NCBI GenBank assembly: GCA_964016885.1
Contig: OZ024745.1
Coordinates: forward strand, 106,764,001 to 106,828,000
DNA: 64,000 nt
Direction: 5' to 3'
Source: Eledone cirrhosa
Taxonomy: Eukaryota
This document shows, piece after piece, positions 1-13,878 of this stretch. Made by a program: the position numbers and the translations under genes. The notes under the pieces are model-generated. The model searched no databases, was not told the origin of the DNA, and worked only from the letters and a program-made list of their open reading frames with translations. How positions within the stretch are numbered: position 1 is the stretch's first letter; every line of letters begins with the position of its first letter.

Positions 1-1186
1 ATAAACATGTTTTAACGGTTTGTTCTCCTTTATTTACTTCTCCACACACACACACACATATATATATATATACATATATGTATATAAAAACAATTTAGTA
101 TACATGTACATTTTATTGTATTAATAACATAAATTATATTGAAATAACAAAGGTATCATTGTTTATAAATGTTCAAAATGCTTGCCATTAGCAATTTGAT
201 CTGGGTTAGCTTCCGCTAACTAAAAACTAAAAGAACCTTCGTGTTTGCTATACATCTGTTAGAAATATCAGCCACAGGTCCAACAGATCAGGCTCGGCTG
301 TCTTTAAAATTGAAAAATACATTACAACCAAGAATGGGCTCCTATGTGGGCCTTCGTCAGGTTATAATTAATGGTAAAATGACTCTCAAATTACACTACG
401 ATTAAGATAATATACTGAAAAATATGGGTCTCAGATTATTGCGTTATGTACCTGGAAAAGGGACGGGTTGATCTTAGCTGATGTCCCTTTCACCATATGT
501 ATGTTCCATAATATATTATGCTAGGCTGGAGCCAAATAACAGCAATTAAAACGCATGTATGCTGTTAATGAATATATTAGCAGTAACAGCTAAAGTTTCA
601 AATAAATCAAAAACTATCGTATTCATGAAATGATAGCATATCACTGCTCATAGCTTAATCAGAGCTTGCCTAAACTTAACCAACAACAGCTATGCGTATT
701 CTGAGCGTGTGATGAATCCTCTAAGCCAGGGATACTTAACGCTTCATCTCTCATATACACCAACCACTTGTATTTCACTAAATACCTCCTTACATTCTTG
801 CTGAAATGTATACTTCATAAATGCTAGCCCATTTCCCTGCTTGGTCGTTATCTTTTAGAGTCGACTCTATAAGTTTGATCATTTTTATAAAGAATTTTTA
901 TCATATTTCCTTATCTGTTATGCTTGATTTGGAACATTAGCTATCCTAAATCCATGAATATATTAATGTTTTAAGGCATTCATTGTGTTCGATAAGCAGA
1001 AGCGCGAAAATTTAAGATACAGAGGATTAAAACATTAGCAAGGATTAAAGAAAATGTCGTATGTATGTATGTATGGTGGGGGGAGGGGTGTCTACACGTG
1101 TTGTGTGTGTGGAAATATATTTTCTTATACCACTATCAATAAATCCATATTTATAGAGTGTTTGTTTCTATTATTTATGCAAAAAA

Positions 1187-2005
1187 GGCGGTGGATTGGC
1201 AGTATTGGTAGAGCATCGGACAACATACTTTCAGTCATGTAGTTTCGGTCCTTTACGGTTGGAGTTCAAATCCCATCGATGTTAGCTTTGCCTTTCATCC
1301 TTATGGAGTCGATGAAATAAAGTACCAGTCATGCACTGGGGTCGATTTAATCGACTTTCCCCTCCCCAAAATTGATGGACTTGAGCCTAAATCAGAAACC
1401 ATTATTTTGGCAGTGGATTGGCAGTATCGGTAGAGGGTCGGACGCCATGCTTTCCAGCATAGTTACGTCCCTTTACGATCTGAGTTCAAATCCCGCCGAG
1501 GTTGACTTTGCCTTTCATCCTTACGGGGTCGATAAAATAAAGTACCAGTAATGCACTGGGTAATTGCTGGCCTTTTGCCTAAAGTAGAAACAATTATTTT
1601 GGCAGTATCGGTAGAAGGTCGGACGCCATGCTTTGATGCATAGAGTTACGCCCCTTTCAATTCTGAGTTCAAATCTCACCGAGGTTAACTTTGCCTTTCA
1701 TCCTTACGGGGTCGATAAAATGAAGTACCCGTAATGTACTGGATAATTGCTGGCCTTGTGCCAAAAGTAGAAACAATTATTTATACAAAAAAAAAAAAAG
1801 AGGTAGATTGACAGTATCGGTTGGGGGTAGGACAACATAGTTTGAGGCATGTAGTTATGACCCTTTAGGGTCTGAGTTCAAATCCTGCCGAGGTTAGCTT
1901 TGCATTTCATCATTACGAGGTTGATAAAATGAAGTACCAGTAACTCACTTCGGTCGATTTAATTGACTTTCCCCATCCAGTCAAATTGCTGGCCTTGTGA
2001 AAGTA
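1187..2005 (+). mobile_element. Head-to-tail array of four tRNA-derived SINE copies (main family)
   Basis: Unit: ggtggattggcagtatcggtagag (A-box-like)...gagttcaaatcc (B box)...gcctttcatccttacggggtcgataaaataaagtaccag...gctggccttgtgccaaaagtagaaacaattat. The central domain resembles, from memory, the MetaSINE core. Confidence 0.85.
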
Positions 2006-2025
2006 TTTAATAGAAAATAATAAAT

Positions 2026-2229
2026 CCCAGTGGAAGAAAGACGCAGTAGAGGAAGACCACAAAAAACATGGGCGGAGATGGTGAGAGCTGACCTTAGATC
2101 GCTGAAGCTCACGGAGGAGATGACGAAGGACCGTGACAAGTGGAGAGATGTTGTGCTGAATAGGACCCGTCCCACCCTTGTAAGCAGGGAAAAGCGGACG
2201 TAAAATGATGATGATGATGATGATGTTGA
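2026..2229 (+). mobile_element. RTE LINE 3' end with (TGA)n tail
   Basis: VEERRSRGRPQKTWAEMVRADLRSLKLTEEMTKDRDKWR... (RGRPxxTW...DRxxWR) followed by TGATGATGATGA. Confidence 0.8.
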
Positions 2230-3385
2230 TGGCAGTGGGTCGGCAGAAGAGTTGAAGCGCCTAACAAAACGTCTTGCGGCATTTAGTTGCGGATTTTTTC
2301 GTTCTGAGTTCAAATCCTATCATGTTTATCATCACTGCCTTCCGCGATCAATAAATCGTTTTTCCTGTTTTTCCAAAATTGGCCTTCTGCCTAAGCGAGA
2401 AACCATTATTTATACAAAATATATAGAAAGTTTCATTTAATCTAGAAGCATTTTTGGCTACTTTATTGTTGCCTTTATATTTATTTTTCAATTTCGTTTC
2501 GTTATAATATTATACTTTATGTTATTGTTGCTGCGTAGTTTTATTATTGTTGTTTGTCTATTAATTTGAAATTGTTCATATTGACACTAAGAATAGAAAT
2601 GTTTATTTTTATAGATGTTAACGATTTATTTCTACTGTTCGCTTGCGTCTTCTTTCGTGGCAGGTTTATTGTTTTTGGTGAAATTCAACAAAAGAACCTT
2701 CTTATCCAGTTGTAGACAGAAACTATTTGTTAATGATGGTTATACATCAACAGTTCCTACAGGAATTAATTGATGCTTCTGTAAATTTACGTATTTGCAT
2801 CAAATGTATAATAAAATAGGTCTCTTACATGATAGCTTTATATGTATGCTTAATCGTGATTGTGTTGAGAGTACAACAGCGTACGTGCTTCTGTGCATGT
2901 GTCCACGCTTGCATTTGTTCATTTGACCAGGCCTTGCACGAATGCGAAAGAAAATCAGTTTGTATTTAAATAAAGATTTTACACGCACCGGCCTAACACA
3001 TATTTATACACATGTATACACGCACACACACACACACACACACGCACATATATATATATATCAACACATACACACACACACATAAGCACTATGTGTTGGT
3101 GGAATCTTAGATTTCTTTCTGTATATCTTTGAAAAATATGTTTAGAATTTTCCTCCATAATTATCTATCTTTGTATTATATATCTTTATTTAAAAAAATT
3201 TATTTTTCAAATTTACTTTTGTATAACATCTCTTACCCACACTGTCATATTATATAAATTTTATTTGTTCATACCTACATGTTTTCTTTAATTCCACACA
3301 TGTTTTTAAATTTTCGTATTGTATGTATGAATGACGATGCATGTAAACGCTCTCGGGAGTGATATGAAATAATTTAGCACTATAA

Positions 3386-4283
3386 TAATTGTTTCTACTT
3401 TAGGCACAAGGCCAGCAATTTGAAGGGATGGGGGGAAAGTCGATTAAATCGACTTCAGTGCATTACTAGTACTTTATTTTATCGACCTCGTAAAGATGAA
3501 AGGCAAAGCTAACATCGGCGGGAATTTATCACTATAATAATGACTTCTAATTTAGGCATAAGTCCTGAAAATTATGGGAGGGGAAAACTGATTAGATTGA
3601 CCCCAGCATTCGATTGATACTTTATTTTATCGACCTCAGATCGATGAAAGGCAAAGAGAACCTTGGTGGGGTTTAAACTCAGAACGTAAAGAGCCAAAAC
3701 TAAATACTGCAAAGCATTTTGCCCTATGCTCTGACGATTCTGCCAATCTAATATACCGAGAATGGTGATAGTAATAATAATTGTTTCTACTTTTGGCACA
3801 AGGCCAGCAATTACTCAGTACATTACTGGTATTTTATTTTATCGACCCCCGTAAGGATTATTGGTGGATTGGCAGTATCGGTAGAGAGTCGGAAGCCATG
3901 CTTTCCAGCATAGTTACATCCCTTTACGATCTGAGTTCAAATCCCGCCGAGGTTGACTTTGTCTTTTATCCTTACGGGGTCGATAAAATAAAGTACCAGT
4001 AATGCACTGGGTAATTGCTGGCCTTGTGCCTAAAGTAGAAACAATTATTATAACAACAACAATAATAATGGATTGGAAAAATCGTTAGAGCGTCGTACAA
4101 AATGCTTTGCAATATTTAGTTGTGGTCCTTTACGTTCTGAGTTCAAATCCTGCCGAGGTTAGCTTTGCCTTTTATCCTTATGGGGTCGATAACATAAAGT
4201 ACCAGTCACGCACTGGTGTCGATTAAATCGATTTTCCCTTACCCAAAATTGCTGTCCTTGTGCCTAAATCAGAAAAATTATTA
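3386..4283. mobile_element. Cluster of five main-family SINE copies or fragments (three minus, two plus)
   Basis: Same diagnostic motifs on both strands; orientation switches at about 3860. Confidence 0.8.
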
Positions 4284-4509
4284 TCGTGTCAATTCTTAAA
4301 TTCTTAAATTATCTTGCTCAACAACACAACAAGCCGCCAGAAAAGAAACTCATGACCTTACGATCATGAGTTAAATAGTCACTCTGAAAATACTATTTTT
4401 GAAATCTGTGGAAGTGGGAGATGGATCACTTTTAAGTAACACAATACATTTAGATATCTAATAAAATAACTTTAAAAACTTGATTTAGTGGAATGATACG
4501 TGATTTGAA

Positions 4510-5085
4510 GAACCCTGCTGACGAGGACGCGGCATGGGGTTACCGACGAAAGAAACGCCGGCAAAGCCTGTGAGATCGAGGACCGGAGGCTAAGGCTGCC
4601 ATGCCTGACAGCTAAAGTGGCCTGTTGCCATCCAATGTCGTCAAACTTGATGTTGCATATCTCCTCGGCTGCTGCTCGGATACAAGTATCGAGGTCAGCG
4701 AGGAGAGATCCGTGGGTGTAGCACGGAGCGCTGCGAAGAGTATAGAGGAGCTTCGGCATGGCGAAGCAGTTCCTCAACAGAAAGAGAGCTGGGTGGCCGT
4801 CAATCAAGCCCAGTCGGCTCGTGAGAGTCTGAAGTTGTTGAAGCCTGGACCTGATGGTGGAGCGGATGGCCGGCGGGTGGATCGGTAACCCGATGATGAG
4901 GATATCCTCTTTGGGGGGTCACCTGTATCTGGTGGAGAATGGACCGCACGTCCGAGACGGAGGCTGCAAAGCTCTCAGCATCGTGGCTGACATTCACCAC
5001 CTCCGACTTGACAGAGGGGGCTCGGCTGAGGCAGGCATCGAGCAGATGGTCCCGACGTAGGCAGTTGAAGGCATTCCTCATGTTC
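4510..5085 (-). mobile_element. Non-LTR retrotransposon RT fragment, CRE-like clade
   Basis: GC-rich island. Frameshifted peptides RNAFNCLRRDHLLDAC and LFLLRNCFAMPKLLYTLRSAPC...WQQATLAVRHGSLSLRS...ALPAFLSS resemble the CRE motifs NAFNxxxR and ATLPxxxGGLGxR...A.PAFLAS. Confidence 0.7.
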
Positions 5086-5507
5086 GTATCTAAGCTATGG
5101 TTACATCAATTTTTGAAGTAGAATGAAGTCTTGTAGTTGGTGTATCGATATAAGGCGCGGGGTGTCTTCTAGTCTAATTGACTTCTAATCTGTTGTTGAT
5201 TTGGGGCTAGAGTTTGGCTCTTTGAATACATTTTTTGATTGCCGGTATTTCTGTCCCTGGCTTCGATATATCTTTATTTGTATTCTTGAACTTATCTATA
5301 TGTTTCTTGGGGGAGAATCCAAAGTATAGCTTAATAAATACTTATTTGTTTAGTTCAGCTTGTACCAATAAGTAGTATGATCTATGTGATTTAGTTTACG
5401 CTACAAATTTATGTAAATGACTTTGTATCTTTGTTGTTAGCACACTATAAGTACATTTTGTTAGCAACAATTGCTACTTTGCTGTAGAGACAATCACCCG
5501 GTTCCAT

Positions 5508-5906
5508 TGTAACTATAATCAGTAACTACTGTAGCAAGCTACTTTCCTTTGGCGCATTGATAGGCTGTTCGTGCGTGATTTGGCTAAGTAAGGCCAATCG
5601 TGAGCCGCGCACGAATATATATTACCAGCTTCCGCCCAGAGATTTTCCCGCTACTTTCGATTTACTCTCTCTTGTTGCTTTAATCATGGAAAGGTAAACA
5701 CCATTTTTCTTTTGCCGTTCGACCACTAGCCAATATGTAGCGACAACAACATAACTACGGCCTGGCCAGCACCTCGGGCAGGCGACTGTACCTTCTTAAC
5801 TCTTAATTTGTTTATTCCTTTGTTTGGCATGCCAGCTCAACCTTTGTAATCGGTTTGTAAATAAATGATATAAAAACTTGTGAAGTCTTGTGATTCTATC
5901 ACCACA
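5508..5906 (+). mobile_element. Possible solo LTR
   Basis: TG...CA termini, flanks tccat/accat (4/5 match), CCAAT at about 5594, AATAAA at 5860-5865 about 40 nt before the end. Confidence 0.35.
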
Positions 5907-6434
5907 ACCATAGCCTTTAAATGTGATATGGAAAGATCCTTTCCAGAGTTATTATCACTGCAGCAACAGAACTTGGGACTTACAGCCGAACCTCAATTCA
6001 ACTAACATTGCCATATAACAAAACCGTTACATTTATTGATATAACAAATCTATACCTTTCCTGCTACAACGCAAACACATATTATCATTGTTATAAATAT
6101 TATTAATATTATGCCAACATGGCATAATATTATTTTCTACTATACTACTATATCATACAGAGTGAACTGGATTAGAAAAAATACATGCAGAAAGTCCAGA
6201 ATGTCCGAAACAGGATACAGTACTATAATGTGAATAAGTATTATGTTCCTCTGCCATATATACCTATATACTAAAAATGGCTGTTGATTTCATGGGTCTT
6301 GATCCAAGTTGCATGTTTAATGCAAGGCTGATTCAAATTTGAAATTTAAATCGGTAACAGATCTGCGTTAAACAATATATTCCGTGTAACGACCGTATAA
6401 TGTGCAATAGTTTTATCTATGTGCAATAGTTTTA

Positions 6435-6686
6435 TCTAAAACAGAGAATGTCTGTCTGTCTGACGCCCTAAAACTCGAGAACCAGCCAACCGATTTTTTT
6501 TCAAACTTTACACATTTAATACTTATGGTCGTGTGATTGTTTTGAGCAAAAAATATTTCAAATTTTCAATGCCATAGGATAGCCATTAGATAGCTATAAC
6601 GTCGCGCCCTTATAATATCTGTCTGTATGTCTGGCTGTCTGCATTACGACATTATGACACTATCTGAGTGTGTGTGTGTGTGTGTA

Positions 6687-6774
<88 letters not shown>

Positions 6775-7184
6775 TGTGTATGTATATATATATAGTGTGT
6801 AACGTTTTTCGAAATATTTACTTCTGCGTTCAGAGATTGATCTTTTTAGTTTCAGAAAATCCCGTTAAGGGTGAAAGCAGCAGCGATTCTTCGCTTAAAC
6901 TTTAATCTGTTATTTTAATACACAATAACAAATATAAACAAATGTATTTATTTCACGAGGCTCGACAGCAGCAAAAACAACAACAAAAAAGAGAGGGAAC
7001 GCAATTACATGATTTTGAAAAATGTTAATGGAAAAATTATTTGCCTATTCACCTAAGGCGACTTCAATTTTTATTAGGATTTCTGCATCAATTGGTGAAC
7101 ATACGACGAAACTGTTTTAGAAAGGAGGGATAAACATGCCAATCTATGTTTAGAATCCCGAGCAACACCGGGCCATTCTGCTAG
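6435..7184 (+). mobile_element. Non-autonomous Helitron-like element
   Basis: Starts A|TC with (TCTG)n near the 5' end. Ends with a cccg-agcaacac-cggg hairpin 8 nt before CTAG|T. The internal segment 6800-6918 recurs at 52288-52405. Confidence 0.6.
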
Positions 7185-7740
7185 TCAACCTTATATAGTC
7201 TATGTTATTAATGACTGTTCTACAAGTTGAAGACCTATAGTGCAATACATATATACACACATATTTTATATACATATAAAGACACAGAGTACTTCCTCGG
7301 TTTAAGTAAACGAAGCATACACAAAAATACTGTCAAATTTTAATATACAAAATATAGAGGCATTATGGAGAGACAATTGACGTACACAAACAAAAAAGTT
7401 AAATGGCACACATATTACTTACATCTAAATTCCGGTAACCCATCATACAGATCTAGGTCATTTTAATAATTCAGATAAAAATATGCTTTCTCCATTCTGT
7501 CCGCCGGGGCTGTGGGGAGGCCTGCGTGGGACCCCATTTGCTCATCATACAGAGAGATAGGGAGGGCGAAAAAGATGGAGGAAATGACAGTGGGAGCTCG
7601 GCTCTTCCACGTACGGACCATAATATCCTTGTGGTTGTGTTTATTATCTATATAGAAATGTATTTATTTCTTTGTAAAATATGCTTATTAAACTATTCCA
7701 CGGGTTCAAGATCATTGCTCATGGTCATTATTAAACTTAT

Positions 7741-7917
7741 TGGCAGTATCGGTAGAGGGTTGGACGCCATGCTTTCCAGCATAGTTACGTCCCTTTACAG
7801 TCTGAGTTCAAATCCCGCCGAGGTTAACTTTGCCTTTCATCCTTACGGGGTCGATAAAATAAAGTACCAGTAATGTACTGGGTAATTGCTGGTCTTGTGC
7901 CAAAAGTAGAAACAATT
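7741..7917 (+). mobile_element. Main-family SINE with TSD
   Basis: Flanked by attattaaacttat on both sides. Confidence 0.85.
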
Positions 7918-7944
7918 ATTAAACTTATCCTTACCATCGGTGGC

Positions 7945-9110
7945 GTCATCATCATCATCATCAACAACACAATCATTATCACATTTAAAACAACCATCTC
8001 TAACATTATTATCAGCAGCAGTACCCCCTCTAACATCGACACTATCGTCAACAACGCCATCTTTATCATTATCATCACCCCCCCCCCGTCCACTTTCATA
8101 ATAACGACAACCACCACCACCACCACCACCACCACCACTATCACTTTTATCACCATCACCATCACCACCACCACCACTATCACCTTTATCACGATCACCA
8201 TCACCATCAACCACCACCACCACTATCACCTTTATCACCATCACCATCACCATCACCACCACTATCACCTTTATCACCATCACCATCACCATCAACCACC
8301 ACCACCACTATCACCTTTATCACCATCACCAACACCACCACTATCACCTTTATCACGATCACCATCACCATCAACCACCACCACCACTATCACCTTTATC
8401 ACCATCACCATCACCACCACTATCACCTTTATCACCATCACCATCACCATCAACCACCACCACCACTATCACCTTTATCACCATCACCAACACCACCACT
8501 ATCACCTTTATCACGATCACCATCACCATCACCATCACCACCACTATCACCTTTATCACCATCACCATCACCATCAACCACCACCACCACTATCACCTTT
8601 ATCACCATCACCAACACCACCACTATCACCTTTATCACGATCACCATCACCATCACCATCACCACCACTATCACCTTTATCACCATCACCATCACCATCA
8701 ACCACCACCACCACTATCACCTTTATCACCATCACCAACACCACCACTATCACCTTTATCACGATCACCATCACCATCACCATCACCACCACTATCACCT
8801 TTATCACCATCACCATCACCATCAACCACCACCACCACTATCACCTTTATCACCATCACCATCACCATCACCATCACCATCACCATCACCACCGCTATCA
8901 CCTTTATCACGATCACCATCACCATCACCAACACCACCACTATCACCTTTATCACCATCACCATCACCTCCACTGACCCCCACTAACTCCACTACCATCT
9001 CCACCATCATTATGACTCCTATCACCACCAGCCAGCACCCCAATCATCATCATCATCAGCAGCAGCAACACCACAATCATCACCGTGACCAATATTACCA
9101 TCATTCTCAT
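7945..9110. repeat. (CAC/CAT)n-derived compound repeat with 124-bp higher-order period
   Basis: Recurrent cactatcacctttat(caccat)n; equivalent positions at 8450, 8574, 8698 and 8822. Confidence 0.9.
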
Positions 9111-9654
9111 GGCCTCCATTTCTAGCCCCCGCCCCCTCCCCCTCTCTCTCTCTCTCTCCCCCAACCCCGCCTCCTCCCACCATTTATCAGTGACCGTAAT
9201 TATAATGTATATAGTTTTTCAACGATTGCCATGAGAGAGATTCCAAATTGAAAGAACTATATATTTATCTATCATCTATTCACATCATTAGCTATTACCA
9301 TTATTTATTAAACTACTTATTTATATTCTATCATATCTTATTTTGTTTTATTATTCACTATTTCAAAACCGTATCTTTTTTTCTTCCCCCTTTTCGGAGT
9401 GGAAGCTGGGACTATGTTATTTAATTACAAAGAATAAAGATAACGTTTGAAAGTAGAAAAAAAAAAAAAAAATATCGACATTAATTTTACTTTTGTATTA
9501 TTATTATTATTTTTTATTCGTTTTTTTTTTTTTTAAGTTAGACTTATTTTTAACAATATTTATTGGCCGATTGAACAAACAAATTTATTGAATACCATTT
9601 ACCCATGTCAATCCATTTCACCCAACCTTTTGCTTATAATTGATTATTCACATA

Positions 9655-11008
<1,354 letters not shown>

Positions 11009-12020
11009 AAAACGTATATACATACATCCATGCGTGAATGTGTTTGTAAGAGAAAAATGTAGAAACAAATCCCCCAAAAACAACTGACCTTGTAAAATAA
11101 CTTGATTACTCCGCCAACCTTATTCCCTGTAAATAGTTCATCTGCAATATCCAATTTCAACCAACAAAATATAGTAAAAGCAAAAAGCAAAATACGAGAG
11201 ATAAATCGTTAAGTTTGGGTGTGTTATAAAAGATTAAAATATATTTCGAAATTTTTCATCGATGTTATTTAACTTGCTGAAGCAAACTATTTCACCACCT
11301 CTCCTTTTTTCTAGTGATGCCGGTAAACGTTTGTATTAATATACTCTTGTTGGTATTGAACGAAGAAAAATAGACAATTTTTCAGAGAGGATTGAATGAA
11401 ATAACATCGTGATGAACAATTGAAGAATAAGAAATATATAGAAACAATTAAATAGATTAAAATTTACTAAAATAACAGAACATAAATAACTTCCTGAAAT
11501 TTTATATGAGAATGAATTACAAACGCTTGTAATATGGCGACAGAATAATATGGCTGTGTTTCCTTATAATACAAATTTCAAAACGAACCCTTATAGAAGT
11601 AGAAGTTTGAAAAGAAGAGAAGAATGAAAAAGAAAAAAAATACACAAGATACGCATAACAAAATAAAGTGACTAAAATCAGAACCCCCCCCCCCCCCCAA
11701 CCCTAAACGAAGTGATATTGTTTCTAAACTAACGTGTGAGTTTAACGACTTTGTTGGTAAAAAGAAAGAAACAAAGCCAAATGTTATTGTTGTAAATTTG
11801 TTAGTTATATGCAATTTAAATAACAAGCGTTTCTTTTTAAAATGTTTCCATGCGAATGTTTCCAATTTTGTTTTATTTAATTTTCTCACTCCCGCCCCCG
11901 CTCCACATTTGGGATATAAAATTAAGATAATTTACAAATTTAATTCAAAATGACCTGAGAAGTATTTACAATACCTATCTTTATTTAGCAGGTTTAGCCA
12001 TTAGACTTCACGTTCTACAC

Positions 12021-12311
12021 CAGGCATGGGCAACCCTTTTGAGAAGCGGGCCGCATGAGATATGGCTTATCATCAGGCGGGCCGCAAGCGCTAAGTTACA
12101 TTCGTGCCCACATTAAAAAAAAGGGTGGTAACTCGGGTTGTTTTGATTTGTTTCTTCAGAATTCGTACACGTTGTTTTCCTCGATCGTAAAAATGTTGGA
12201 AAGATAAATTACGACTGAAAAGTTGGGGTAAAAAAAATCAAAAAGATTTCATTTAGGTGACTTAGGCGAGCCATTTAGAAAGCTTCGCGGACCGCAGGTT
12301 GTCTGTGGCTG
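12021..12311. mobile_element. hAT (Charlie-like) MITE
   Basis: Imperfect TIRs CAGGCATGGGCAACC / GGTTGTCTGTGGCTG, subterminal GCGGGCCGC motifs, and a perfect 8-bp TSD TTCTACAC at 12013-12020 and 12312-12319. Confidence 0.85.
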
Positions 12312-12444
12312 TTCTACACCAACATAAGAACATGGCAGTCATATTAGTCATATGCTCATAATATTTCATTCAATAAATTTGTCGTTTCGTACCGGGGGAG
12401 AAAAAAAAAAAAAAAAAAAAAAAAAAAACTTTTTTTGAAATAAT

Positions 12445-12628
12445 TGTTTCTACTTTTGGCACAAGGCCAGAAATTAACCAGTACATTACTGGTACCTTAT
12501 TTTATCGACCCCGTAAGGATGAAAGGCAAAGTTAACCTCGGCGGGATTTGAACTCAGATCATAAAGGGACGTAACTCTATGCTTCAAAGCATGGTGTCCG
12601 ACTCTCTACCGATACTGCCAATCCACCA
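12445..12628 (-). mobile_element. Main-family SINE, full length, with TSD
   Basis: TSD ttttttgaaataat at 12431-12444 and 12629-12642. Confidence 0.88.
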
Positions 12629-12860
12629 TTTTTTGAAATAATGATTAGGTGTTCGATACAATACAATTAAGAAAGAAAGGTGACACTGGGATAAAAGGGA
12701 GAGAAAACAAAACAAAAGGATGGTTTTATCTAATATATTTCCTCGTGATATTTTGAGGTAAATACCTTCTATTTAAATGAATGTAGAAAACCGAGGTGTT
12801 ATGTTCACGCGAACCTTTCCTATATTGTTTGTGTGGTCGATAGCTGGATGACACATGCGC

Positions 12861-13592
12861 AGAGTGGTCAGTATAGCTAATAGTTAGTAATAAAACAGAG
12901 CTACGTGGAGTAGAGTGGTTATTATGACCGCTCCATGTACTAATTAGCAATAGAACAGAGCCACATAAGCACGGTGTACTAATTAACAAGAGAACATAGC
13001 TACATGGAACAGAGTGGCTATTGTGACCACTCCATGTACTAATTAGCAAGAGAACAGAGCTACATGTAGCAGAGTGGCTGTTATGACCGCTCCATGTACT
13101 AATTAGCAATATAATATAGCTACATGTGACAGAGTGGCTATTATGAACGCTCCATGTACTAATTAGCAAGAGAATATAGCTACATGAAACAGAGTGGCTA
13201 TTATGACTGCTCCATGTGAAAATTAGCATTATAATATAGCTACATGGAGCAGAGTGGCTATTATGACCGCTCCCTGTTCTAATTAGCAATAGAACAGAGC
13301 TACATGGAACAGAGTGGCTATTATGACCGCTCCATGTACTAATTAGCAATAGAGCATATTATGACCGCTCCGTCTACTAATTGTTTCTACGTTTGGCACA
13401 AGGCCAGCAATTAACCAGTACATTACTGGTACTTTATTTTATCGATCCAGTAAGGATGAAAGGCAAAGTTAACCTCGGTGGGATTAACTTTGCTCCATGT
13501 ACTAATTAACAATAGAACAGTGCTACATGTAACATAGTGGCTATTATGACCGCTCCATGTACTAATTTACAATAGAACAGAGCTACATGGAG
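12861..13592. repeat. 60-bp minisatellite, about 10 units, interrupted by a truncated SINE (13379-13493)
   Basis: Unit agagtggctattatgaccgctccatgtactaattagcaatagaacagagctacatggaac; rows 13021-13321 align in register. Confidence 0.9.
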
Positions 13593-13689
13593 AGCTCCGT
13601 GTATGTGCAATTCAACTATCGACCACACACCCAGACACAACATGGGAAATGTTGGCGAGAACCGGAACAGAGCACCTCGTTTTTCCACT

Positions 13690-13878
13690 CGGACTCAGAC
13701 TCAGAAGCTCCCGCATCTTGCGACGCATGAGGCAATCATAGTGTTCCACCGCGTTCGGTCAGCAGCCAGTTGCACAGCGTCCCGCCATTGTCTGTTTGTC
13801 GCTCGCAGGTCCCTCTCAACTGTCTGGCGCCAGTTCATTTTGGGTCGCCCTCTCCGTCTGCTTCCCTGTGGGTTCCAC
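13690..13878 (-). mobile_element. RTE LINE 3' end with (TGAGTC)n tail
   Basis: Minus strand reads WNPQGSRRRGRPKMNWRQTVERDL...AADRTRW, followed by tctgagtctgagtccgagt. Confidence 0.78.

Noticed and set aside
1187-1290. tRNA genes
   Set aside because: A/B-box-like motifs belong to SINE heads; no cloverleaf, and they continue into the SINE body.
5090-5400. Possible GIY-YIG (Penelope endonuclease) remnant, RYTNYKTSF on minus
   Set aside because: Only a short resemblance, interrupted by stops; cannot be supported without a profile search.
7873-8976. 367-aa His/Thr/Pro-rich ORF
   Set aside because: Starts inside a SINE and runs through a triplet-derived repeat with a 124-bp period; no coding evidence.
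12060-12085. CTGATGA on minus as a hammerhead core
   Set aside because: No downstream GAAA/stem III; lies inside the hAT MITE. CTGACGA at about 354-360 (minus) fails the same way.
12861-13592. CRISPR-like array or 207-aa repeat protein
   Set aside because: The entire 60-bp unit repeats with no spacers; the ORF is a by-product of the period being a multiple of 3.
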